Of a DNA stretch of 64,000 bases, positions 50,285 through 58,809 are shown piece by piece. Position 1 is the first letter of the stretch, and every line of letters starts with the position of its first letter. The stretch covers positions 256,001-320,000 of the forward strand of contig CAWGIE010000031.1 of the NCBI GenBank assembly GCA_963822585.1, written 5' to 3'. The translations under genes and the position numbers were made by a program. The notes below the pieces were generated by a model. It was given only the letters and a program-made list of their open reading frames with translations. It was not told the origin of the DNA and did no database searches. The stretch comes from an uncultured bacterium (GTDB lineage: Bacteria > Auribacterota > Erginobacteria > Erginobacterales > Erginobacteraceae).

Positions 50285-52381
50285 TTACATATAGCCCAAA
50301 GCCCTGATCTGATCCCGAGTCTCCCGATCCGGTTCGACTGCAGGGGTGGTGATATTTTTCCTACCGAAACGCTCGCGAAAATTATCGAGTTTTTTTCTCA
50401 GGATTTCCATCATCTCCGTCTTTTGACGCAAGAGGTTATTTATCTCGCCGGGATCGACTTTCAGATCATAGAGCTCTTCTTCCCCGTCACGTTTGATGCC
50501 CCGGAGGGGAGACTTCCCGGTCCTGATGTATTTCCACCTACCGGCCTTGATAACCCCCCAAATAATGGCTGAACCGTTGAAATTCTCCAGGTCAAAATAA
50601 AGATCGCTATCCTTTGCCGCGATGGGCTCATTCTCCTTTATCATCCCCATCAAACTTACTCCGGCCGCCGCCGGGTCGGGGTGGAGATTCATGAGGTCCA
50701 GCAGAGTCGGGAGAATATCCAGAGTGCTCACAGGCGAGGAGATCGCCAGTGCCGGGGGGCAGGATGGGCATTTAATGATCAGGGGTACGCGCAGCTGGTC
50801 CTGATAGATCGTATGACCATGGCCGAAATCCCCGTGCTCACCGAATGCCTCGCCATGATCGGCAGTGACCAGGATTACTGTCCGCTGGTAAATTCCGAGA
50901 GCTTTCAACCGTTCGAGCAGTTCCCCGACGGCATTATCCACAAATCGTATTTCTCCATCGTAGAGCGAGACCGTCCGCGAAACTTCATTCCCGGAAACAG
51001 CCGGGAACATCTCCCGGTACTTGCCGGGGGGGTTATAGGGGGCATGGGGATCCATATAATGAATATACGCGAAGAAATCACTATCCTTCTCTCTTTCCAA
51101 CCAGGAGAATACTTTCCGGTTCACCAGGTTGGCCCGGTCCCGGTCGGTTAGATTGAAGTTCTTCCCGGAGAAGGCACGAAGAAGAGGATAGAATACCAGT
51201 TGCCTGATGGCAATCTCGTAAATTTTATCACGGGTTAAGCTGTCATCGAAGAGATCAAAACCCTGGTTAAAATTATAGATCGATTTAAGGTGAGGGTTAG
51301 TTATGAAACCAGCGGTGGTCCATCCTGCTGCCCGGAGCAATTCAGCCAAGGTAACAACCTCTCCCGGCAGGCTATCTCCTGCCCGAACAGCGCCGTGAAC
51401 ACCGGGGTAGAGGGACGTCATCAGCGAGGCCACAGAGGGCTTGGTCCATGAAACGGGGGCGTAGCACTCCTCAAAACGGATTCCTTCGTTGGCGAGGGCG
51501 TCAAGATGGGGGGTGGTTTCCCGGGGATAACCGTAGCAGCCAAGATGATCGGCCCGAAGCGCATCGATTACGATAAGAATCAGATTCATCTTTTTCCCAT
51601 TGCGGATAGGCCGGGCGGGATTGGTGTTTGTGCCGCTTTGCTCTTCTTTTATCAGGCCGGCGATGGCCGTGAGGGCAATAATAACGCCGAGCAAAAAAGC
51701 GGGGATTAAAACCCACTGCAATCGTCTATCAGCCCTCATCTTCCGATACGATATCGTGCGAAGTAAACTAAACATGAGCACCCCCAAACCGAGGGAACTT
51801 CCCAATCCCAGAATCCAGCCAGGCAAATTTTTTTCCGTCAGGGGAGTAAAAAAAGCCGCGTCCAGTAGAAAAAAGGCGCCGCGGAAGATGAAAATCCCTC
51901 CCAATGCAGACAGGGTGAATATTCGCAATTGATACGGTTCCCGTTCCCTCAATATCCGTATGATCAGCAACGTCAATACTCCCAGCATGAAAGCATAGAC
52001 GATGATGACCACAAAACCCGGTATCACCCTGACAAGGAGAAGTCTCGATCTGACCAACCAGCAATAATAAATAATCGTCGCACTCCAGAGAGATATTATC
52101 TTCATCCGGAGGGAAGCTTCCTGAGTAAAAAGGCGGGGAAGAATCTCCCTGAGGGCGGCAAGAATAATCAAATACAGGGTAACAGCGCCGCACACAAAAA
52201 GAAAAACGAAGAAGAGAGCATAATTTAAAAGCAGAACCCTCTCGATCCCCGAGAGAGAGCCGCGGTCAACGAAATCTCCCAGATTGGAAAATGCCAAGAG
52301 GTCGAACAATCGCAGCAATGCAAGCATCAGGGAGAGCGCTGGCACCGTCATCCAGCTCGCATATTTCATCTTCTTTTTCAC
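50285..52381 (-). CDS. Membrane-anchored sulfatase-like hydrolase/transferase
   Basis: ~7 N-terminal TM; NLILIVIDALRADHL, WTKPSVASLMT, HYMDPHAPY, TADHGEAF.EH..H; ends QIRALGYM. Confidence 0.9.
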   Translation of the reverse strand: MKKKMKYASWMTVPALSLMLALLRLFDLLAFSNLGDFVDRGSLSGIERVLLLNYALFFVFLFVCGAVTLYLIILAALREILPRLFTQEASLRMKIISLWSATIIYYCWLVRSRLLLVRVIPGFVVIIVYAFMLGVLTLLIIRILREREPYQLRIFTLSALGGIFIFRGAFFLLDAAFFTPLTEKNLPGWILGLGSSLGLGVLMFSLLRTISYRKMRADRRLQWVLIPAFLLGVIIALTAIAGLIKEEQSGTNTNPARPIRNGKKMNLILIVIDALRADHLGCYGYPRETTPHLDALANEGIRFEECYAPVSWTKPSVASLMTSLYPGVHGAVRAGDSLPGEVVTLAELLRAAGWTTAGFITNPHLKSIYNFNQGFDLFDDSLTRDKIYEIAIRQLVFYPLLRAFSGKNFNLTDRDRANLVNRKVFSWLEREKDSDFFAYIHYMDPHAPYNPPGKYREMFPAVSGNEVSRTVSLYDGEIRFVDNAVGELLERLKALGIYQRTVILVTADHGEAFGEHGDFGHGHTIYQDQLRVPLIIKCPSCPPALAISSPVSTLDILPTLLDLMNLHPDPAAAGVSLMGMIKENEPIAAKDSDLYFDLENFNGSAIIWGVIKAGRWKYIRTGKSPLRGIKRDGEEELYDLKVDPGEINNLLRQKTEMMEILRKKLDNFRERFGRKNITTPAVEPDRETRDQIRALGYM

Positions 52382-52490
52382 CGGAGTTATTATATACTGT
52401 TAGAGAGAAGGCTCAAGGCGCTTTTCCTGCCTATAACCCGGAAAAGGGAAGGTCTCCGGATAGAAGCGGGAGATCGATTCTCGGCGAGAG

Positions 52491-53804
52491 ATGAGGGAGA
52501 CTCGGAAGAATTTGAAAAATTATCGGGGATTCATATTAGTGATGATCCTGACCCTGGCTTTTACCGGCAGAGTTGTATATGGATTCGTAGCCCAGACGCG
52601 GTTAAACGGACTTGTTATCTCCGACATGCGCACCTATGACCTCCTGGCTAAAAACCTGATCGAGGAGAACATCTACGGGTTCCGGGAAGGCCCCTGGCGG
52701 TCGTATCGTCCGCCCCTCTATCCCTTCTTTCTCAGTATTGTCTACCGGGTCGCCGGTTACCGCTTCATCGCCGTCCGCATCATCCAGGCGGCTCTAGCCG
52801 TACTCTCCAGCCTCCTATTATACCTGCTGGCTCGGGAATTGGCGGGAACGGCAATCGCTCTGGTGGCGAGCTTTTTCTTCGCCGCCGACTTCTCGCTCAT
52901 CCACCTCTCCGGACTCCTCCTCTCCGAAAACCTTTATCTGCCATTGAGTTTGGTCGTCCTCCTCCTGCTGGAGAGGGGATACAGTGGCAGGCAGTGGGCC
53001 CCTTTTATCGGCGCCGGGGTAGCGGGCGGATTGGCGGCGCTCTGCCGCCCAACCATCCTGCCTTTCCTCTTCCTCTCGTTCCTGGTGCCGATCACAGGGG
53101 CGCTGGCCGCACCCCTTCCCGGTAGGGACCGGGATACGGTGTGCCCGGTTCCGGGTTCGGCGCTGCCCCGGCGCAGGCTAAAGCCTGCGACTACCAACCA
53201 GTCGGGGATCAAACAGGCGCAAACGCTGAAACGCGGACTGGCCGGCTGGCTGCTCATGCTTCTCTTTGCCGCCGCGACCATCGCCCCCTGGACGGCGCGG
53301 AACTGGCGGATCCACCATGCCTTCGTCCCGATCTCCACCAATGCCGGCTCCATGCTCTGGATGGGGCTCCACCACGGGGCAAACGGCGGATACGACTGGC
53401 CCCGGGAGAATAATCCCCTGCTGGCGATATCGAGCGAAGTGGAGCGTAACCGGATCGGTATCCGGGAATCGATCACATTCATTTTCAATCATCCCGGAGA
53501 ATTCGCGAGGCTGGCGGTGATCAAGATGAAACTGTTCTGGAGGGGGTATCTTTTCACCTGGAGCGGCCGGCAGTGGGCCGTGATCGGTTTATGCGGACTG
53601 GCGGGACTGCTGCTTTCATTGAAGGATTGGAGAACGTGGCTGCTGCTTTACCTCTACCTGCTCTCCTTCACCGGAATCCATCTCTTCGTACACAGCAGCT
53701 ACCGCTATCGCCTTCCCCTCAATCCTCTGCTGGAGATCTGGGCGGCGTTCTTCCTGGTCCGGCTCGGCAGCATGATCCGGGCGGCCTTATCATACCGGCG
53801 ATGA
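52491..53804 (+). CDS. GT-C (ArnT/PMT-like) membrane glycosyltransferase carrying an in-frame REP-derived insert
   Basis: SD...Y..LA.NL, RPPLYP, LLSENL, LCRP, PWTARN, RYRLP. Confidence 0.82.
   Translation: MRETRKNLKNYRGFILVMILTLAFTGRVVYGFVAQTRLNGLVISDMRTYDLLAKNLIEENIYGFREGPWRSYRPPLYPFFLSIVYRVAGYRFIAVRIIQAALAVLSSLLLYLLARELAGTAIALVASFFFAADFSLIHLSGLLLSENLYLPLSLVVLLLLERGYSGRQWAPFIGAGVAGGLAALCRPTILPFLFLSFLVPITGALAAPLPGRDRDTVCPVPGSALPRRRLKPATTNQSGIKQAQTLKRGLAGWLLMLLFAAATIAPWTARNWRIHHAFVPISTNAGSMLWMGLHHGANGGYDWPRENNPLLAISSEVERNRIGIRESITFIFNHPGEFARLAVIKMKLFWRGYLFTWSGRQWAVIGLCGLAGLLLSLKDWRTWLLLYLYLLSFTGIHLFVHSSYRYRLPLNPLLEIWAAFFLVRLGSMIRAALSYRR
53121..53195. repeat. 75-bp GGTAG...CTACC REP doublet inside the coding sequence
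   Basis: ggtag-ggaccggg..cccggttcc hairpin and cgcaggct-aa-agcctgcg-actacc hairpin; exactly 25 codons, on codon boundaries. Confidence 0.75.
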
Positions 53805-55492
53805 AGGAAAATTCCACATACCGCTGGCTGGTTATTATTCTCCTGATCACCGTCTTCGGGGGCTTTCTGCGCTTGTACGGTCTCGATTGGGGGCTCCCCT
53901 GGCGTTACCACGTCGACGAGAACGCGTTCATTAACGCCGCCAACGCCATGCGCAAGGCGCCCCATCTCAACTATCTGAATCCGAAGTGGTTTTATCACCC
54001 GTCCCTGAACATATATATCGTCTGTTTTCTTTCCTGGTTTTACTCTCTCTTCGGCTCTCTCACCCTTCCCACGGTCCATCTCCTGGGCCGACTTAACTCC
54101 GCATTCTGGGGCATTATTTCCATCCCCCTGCTCTATTTATTGGGGCGACGGCTTTATGGTTCGGTCGTGGGCATTCTCGCCGCGCTTTTCTTCTCCGTGA
54201 CCGTCATTCACGTTCAGATGAGTCACTTCTTCACGCCCGATGTGACCCTGGTATTCTTCCTGATGGCGACAATGTATTTTTCCACCGGACTGATGAAGAC
54301 CGGATCCAGCCGAGATTATCTGCTGGGTGGCATGATGGCCGGGATCGGGATGGCCAGCAAATACTGGGCGCCGGCGATCGTTCCGCTCCTTGTCGCCCAT
54401 GTTATCCGGCTGATCGACCTGAAGAAATTCAGCTGGGGTGAAAATAAAAAAATCGTGTTTTCTTTCCTGATCGCCGGGGCGGCTTTTTTTCTCTTCTCCC
54501 CTTATGTAATCCTCGACGCCGGCTTCGCGATACCGAAGATTCTCTGGTGGGCAAAGAAGACGACCGGGGCTATTCCCCAGATCTGGGCCTACCAATTTGA
54601 AGGGACCACTCCCTATCTTTTTCACCTGACCCACAACCTCCCCTGGGACCTGGGATGGCCCCTGGCCCTGCTTTCCCTCGCCGGGCTGGTGATGATCATC
54701 ATCCGGCACCGGCGGGGGGACATCCTGCTCGCTTCCTGGATCATCCCCAACTTCCTCCTCATCGGGAGCTGGTATATCAAGTCCGCCCGCTACCTGCTCC
54801 CGGTGATACCCTTCCTCTGTCTCTGCGCGGCGGCCCTGGTCGGGGAGATCGTATCCCGGCGACGCTTTCGGTATCTAGGGGTTGTGCTGGCGGCAGCGGC
54901 ATTTATCTGGTCGGCGCTCTTCTCTCTGGCCTTCATCAGGATTTATTCCGCCACACACAGCAAAACCCAGGCCTCCGAGTGGGTCTACGCGCATATTCCG
55001 CCCGGCTCCCGCCTCGCTACCGATCTTTCTATCCCCCTCGGCGCCCGAAACGGCCTTCCCGACCTGTTCCCGGAGGAGCAGCTTGGCTTCACCTATCTTT
55101 TTGAGAGCGATCTCTCGCCGACCGAGAAGACCACATATCTTGATGGTATACTGGCACGGAACGACTACGTGATCATGGCCGACGCACTGAGGGAATACTT
55201 CACCAACTCGAAAGCCGAACACGCTGCCGAAAAGAAATTTTTGGATGATCTCTTCGCCGGACGGCAGGGCTTCTCTTTGATAAAAACGTTTAAGGAATAC
55301 CCCCGGCTGGGTGGATGGATCATTAACGACGACGGCGCCGAGCTGTCGTTCCATTATTTTGACCACCCCGCGATATACATCTTCAAAAGGAATAACGAAA
55401 GAATGACCCGCCGTCGCCCTTCGGGCAATAGCGGGCCGGCGAAATCCACCCTAAAAAATGACCTTCCCGAAAAATCAAGGATCCCGCGGTAG
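53801..55492 (+). CDS. GT-C (ArnT/PMT-like) membrane glycosyltransferase
   Basis: Likely start ATG 53801 (ATGA overlap; ORF track begins 53573); WGLP..YHVDE, YHPSL, GR..SA, SHFFTPD, SKY, RYLLP, FDHP. Confidence 0.85.
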   Translation: MKENSTYRWLVIILLITVFGGFLRLYGLDWGLPWRYHVDENAFINAANAMRKAPHLNYLNPKWFYHPSLNIYIVCFLSWFYSLFGSLTLPTVHLLGRLNSAFWGIISIPLLYLLGRRLYGSVVGILAALFFSVTVIHVQMSHFFTPDVTLVFFLMATMYFSTGLMKTGSSRDYLLGGMMAGIGMASKYWAPAIVPLLVAHVIRLIDLKKFSWGENKKIVFSFLIAGAAFFLFSPYVILDAGFAIPKILWWAKKTTGAIPQIWAYQFEGTTPYLFHLTHNLPWDLGWPLALLSLAGLVMIIIRHRRGDILLASWIIPNFLLIGSWYIKSARYLLPVIPFLCLCAAALVGEIVSRRRFRYLGVVLAAAAFIWSALFSLAFIRIYSATHSKTQASEWVYAHIPPGSRLATDLSIPLGARNGLPDLFPEEQLGFTYLFESDLSPTEKTTYLDGILARNDYVIMADALREYFTNSKAEHAAEKKFLDDLFAGRQGFSLIKTFKEYPRLGGWIINDDGAELSFHYFDHPAIYIFKRNNERMTRRRPSGNSGPAKSTLKNDLPEKSRIPR

Positions 55493-55600
55493 CAAAGCTA
55501 CTTTGCGAGCCTGCCCTTCGATAATCTCGGGATTTATGAGCGATCTTCGCAGGGTAAAAATGAGGGACTAGACTAGCGGGAATAACTCCGAGGAATGATC

Positions 55601-55912
55601 TTAGTTGATCCTGTTTATTAGCTTTTTTCGGATCAAGGATGGTTTTCTTCTCATATCCAATACTGCTGCCACAATAGCAATATCCACCAGCAAAGTATAA
55701 TAAATAGCGAAGGGAAAACGGTTTGCCAGCATTCGGTAGAAGCCGAAGTGCTTGGTATGTATACCGGCGTAAATTAACAATGATTCAATATCTGATATTA
55801 TGCAATCAAAGAAATAATCACCAATTCCAGGTTCTTTTTCATCATAAAAATTTCTTCCTTCTTCAAGGTCTTCAGCAACTTCATTTAAAACTAATACCTG
55901 TCTAATTTTCAT
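55601..55912 (-). CDS. Type II toxin, RelE/ParE family
   Basis: 103 aa; AEDLEEGRNFY....GIGDYF, RFPFAIYY, AVLDMRRKP; overlaps the upstream small gene by 4 nt. Confidence 0.85.
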   Translation of the reverse strand: MKIRQVLVLNEVAEDLEEGRNFYDEKEPGIGDYFFDCIISDIESLLIYAGIHTKHFGFYRMLANRFPFAIYYTLLVDIAIVAAVLDMRRKPSLIRKKLINRIN

Positions 55913-56118
55913 TTGATGAACTGTTTTTTTAAATCTTCGATTGTTAATAATTTGCCGGTACCAGATTCAATTTTTTGCCTTCGTTTCATTAGAATATTTC
56001 TGTGCCATGTCGGTGATTCAATTTCATTATCTTCATGGCATAACGCATCCCAAAGTTCTTCCATAGCTTGGATTCGTTCGATTGTTGACATTTTTTCTAA
56101 AGGCAAGGTGACACTCAT
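55909..56118 (-). CDS. Putative addiction module antitoxin (TIGR02574-like)
   Basis: 69 aa; LPL..MS..ERI..MEELWD.L......SP.WH..IL..R. Confidence 0.85.
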   Translation of the reverse strand: MSVTLPLEKMSTIERIQAMEELWDALCHEDNEIESPTWHRNILMKRRQKIESGTGKLLTIEDLKKQFIK

Positions 56119-56241
56119 AGCTTTCCCCTTTTAAACCAGATATATGTTATTAACATGGATGAGATTATTATATTTCAAAACCCACGGGTATACTTTTCTT
56201 TCTATTCAGCATCGTAAGGCTTCTGCAAAATAGGGGAATGT

Positions 56242-56361
56242 GTCATTGCGCGCCGCCTCGGGCGGAGAAGCAATCTTATTTGTACAGTTATAATCTATTG
56301 GGTGACAAAGCGTTGAGATTGCTTCGTCACCCCGAAAGCTTTCGGGGTTCCTCACAATGAC
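56242..56361. mobile_element. Non-autonomous palindromic element (GTCATTGCG...GAAGCAATCT / AGATTGCTTC...CAATGAC)
   Basis: Terminal gtcattg/caatgac, internal gaagcaatct/agattgcttc, sub-hairpin accccgaaagctttcggggt; flanked by imperfect IRs tctgcaaaataggg / ccctattatgtagg. Confidence 0.65.
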
Positions 56362-56435
56362 CCGTAGACCCTATTATGTAGGATAGTAGCAATTACTTAT
56401 AGTATTATTTACCATGGAACTCAAGATAATTTCTT

Positions 56436-57677
56436 ATGTCCTCAGTAGAAAAGATAGATAATCGCCAAATCTGGTTTCTCTCCCACACCTACCTCCCGGC
56501 CATCGGAGGGATAGAGAATTACCTCCGGGAAGTTGGGAAGCAATTCCGGCAGAGGGGATACCGGGTGGGAGTGATCTGCCGCCGGACCGATCCCCGTCTT
56601 CCCGAAGAGGAGGAGATAGAAGGCGTGCGGGTGATCCGGCACCCCGATTTCGCCGTCCCGACGCGCCGACTGCCGGTCAAGCACCGCTACCTCACGGATG
56701 CGATCGCCCGCTGGCTGGAGGAGAGCGGGCTTCTCCGGGAGGGAGCGGTTATCTGCCGGTATCCCCCCTACCAGTGCGCGGTCTCCCGCCTTTCCGGGGC
56801 CCCTCCTTCACTTTACATACCCGCCTCCGTCTGGCCGGCCCTGGCGGCGAGGATGATTCCCACCGGCCGGATAAAGGAGAAGATCTTCGCCCGTATCTGG
56901 AGGAAGCAGGCCGCCCTCCTGGAGAAGACCGCTTTGGAAAAGGCGGGGCGGGTGATCGTCTTCAGCCGCAACATGCAAACCCAGCTCCAGGAGTATTACG
57001 GGACCGGCCGGAAGAGAATAACCGTAAACCCGCCCGGCGTTGACGCGGACCGGTTCGCCCCGGAAGCCCCTTCCCCCACCCTCCGGGCAGAACTCGATCT
57101 TCCCCCCGGAACCCCGGTGGTCATGTACGCGGGGCGCCTCTCCCCGGAGAAGAACCTGCTCTTCCTCTTCCGGGCGCTCTCTCCCCTCCTCAGAAAAGGG
57201 GAGTGCCGTCTGTTACTCGTGGGCGGTGGGCCGATGCGCGAAGAGTTGGAGCGGGAGGGCAGGCGCCTGGATATAGTGCCGGCGGTTCGGTTCACCGGTT
57301 CTATCCGGGACCCTGTGAAGTATTTTTCCCTGGCGGACATCTTCGTCTCCCCCTCCCGTTACGAGTCTTTCGGGCAAGCCATCCTGGAAGCGATGGCAAG
57401 CGCCCGGCCGGTGATCGCCCTGAAAAATTTCCCGCCCCGGATCAGGGTGGCGGCGGATGAGATCATCGAGGAGGAAAAGAGCGGCTTCATCGTCCCGGAA
57501 GACAGCGATTCCCTGCTGGAAAAAGTTCGGGTATTGATCGACTCACCACTATTGAGAAAAAAGATGGGGGAGCGGGGAAGAGAAATCTGCCGGGAAAAGT
57601 TCACCTGGGAGAGACACGTTTCCCGACTCCTCGACGAGCTCGCCTGCCTGAGGACGGGAGGTGACGGAAGTGCTTGA
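56436..57677 (+). CDS. Glycosyltransferase family 4
   Basis: YLPAIGGIE, PGVD, GRLSPEKN, DIFVSPSRYESFGQAILEAMA. Confidence 0.92.
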   Translation: MSSVEKIDNRQIWFLSHTYLPAIGGIENYLREVGKQFRQRGYRVGVICRRTDPRLPEEEEIEGVRVIRHPDFAVPTRRLPVKHRYLTDAIARWLEESGLLREGAVICRYPPYQCAVSRLSGAPPSLYIPASVWPALAARMIPTGRIKEKIFARIWRKQAALLEKTALEKAGRVIVFSRNMQTQLQEYYGTGRKRITVNPPGVDADRFAPEAPSPTLRAELDLPPGTPVVMYAGRLSPEKNLLFLFRALSPLLRKGECRLLLVGGGPMREELEREGRRLDIVPAVRFTGSIRDPVKYFSLADIFVSPSRYESFGQAILEAMASARPVIALKNFPPRIRVAADEIIEEEKSGFIVPEDSDSLLEKVRVLIDSPLLRKKMGERGREICREKFTWERHVSRLLDELACLRTGGDGSA

Positions 57678-58809
57678 GGGAAGTGACATTGTATTCTTAT
57701 CGGGCATTCGCTGGGATTTCAGCCGGCAGCGGCACCAGGAACTGGCATCTCTTTTCGCCCGGAGGAACCGGGTGCTCTTCGTCGAGATGGCTCTCTCCCC
57801 GGCCAATTTGCTGAAGGAACGGCGGATAACGCTGGATCACTGGAAAAACTGGAGAAAAGGGGTGAGAAAGCTTCCGGCCAATCTTTTTCTCTATACCGCG
57901 CCGCCGGTCTTTCCCCTGGGCAGAAGCTTCCCGGCAATCAACGGACTCAATCAGCGGATTATCTACCGGGGAGTGAAAAAAGCCATGAGTCTGATTGGGA
58001 TGAAGAGACCTATCTTCTGGATCAGCGACCCCTATTTTTCTTTCTTCGCCCGGAAGCATGGGCAGCGGCTGACCGTATTCGACTGGATTCACGATGATCC
58101 GGGCCGGACCGAATCCCGGATAAGCCGGGTTTATCGGGGATTGCTTGACGAGGTGGTGAAGAAAGCTCAGATCATCGTCACCCCTTCCCGGGCCATATAC
58201 GAAAAGTACGGTAAAACCGATCGACGCTTCCACTTGATTCTCCACGGCGTTGATTATGAACTCTTCAGTGCCACCGTTGACCGCCGACCGGCTGACCTGG
58301 AATCCGTCCCCTCCCCCATCATCGGCTTTTCCGGAACTGTCGGGCCTGCGGTCGACCTGGGCCTGATTGAATTTCTGGCGAGCGAGCGGAAGGACTGGTC
58401 GTTTGTCTTTCTCGGGGACATACGGATACAGGTGAAGGGGCTGCGCTCATATCCTAATATCTATTTTCTCGGCCCCCGGCCGCGACAGGAGTTGCCCCAC
58501 TATATCGGGACCTTCTCGGTGGGGATCATCCCCTACAAGATCACTCCGGCGACTAAAACGGTTCACCCCGTCAAAACGTATGAATATCTAGCGGCGGGAC
58601 TGCCAATAATTTCCACCCGTCTCCCCGAGCTTGAGTATCTCCGGGGATCAATTGAACTGGCGGATACACCGGAAGAGTTTCTCCATTCTCTCGAAGATGC
58701 GATCGCCAAAGACGCACCGGATAAAAAGATAAGGCGCCGCGAAATAGCCCGGGAGTATTCCTGGGAGAAAAGGATGGCTACGATCCAGAAAGCCATTGGT
58801 CAAGCATGA
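57661..58809 (+). CDS. GT-B glycosyltransferase (TuaH/GumK-like)
   Basis: W....QRHQ, VLFVE, HGVDYELF, IIGFSG, PVKTYEYLAAGLPIIST, SWEKR. Confidence 0.88.
   Translation: MTEVLEGSDIVFLSGIRWDFSRQRHQELASLFARRNRVLFVEMALSPANLLKERRITLDHWKNWRKGVRKLPANLFLYTAPPVFPLGRSFPAINGLNQRIIYRGVKKAMSLIGMKRPIFWISDPYFSFFARKHGQRLTVFDWIHDDPGRTESRISRVYRGLLDEVVKKAQIIVTPSRAIYEKYGKTDRRFHLILHGVDYELFSATVDRRPADLESVPSPIIGFSGTVGPAVDLGLIEFLASERKDWSFVFLGDIRIQVKGLRSYPNIYFLGPRPRQELPHYIGTFSVGIIPYKITPATKTVHPVKTYEYLAAGLPIISTRLPELEYLRGSIELADTPEEFLHSLEDAIAKDAPDKKIRRREIAREYSWEKRMATIQKAIGQA

Noticed and set aside
53573..53800. 76-aa N-terminal extension of the second GT-C in the ORF track
   Set aside because: Overlaps the upstream gene; ATG 53801 gives a typical ATGA coupling directly before the first TM helix
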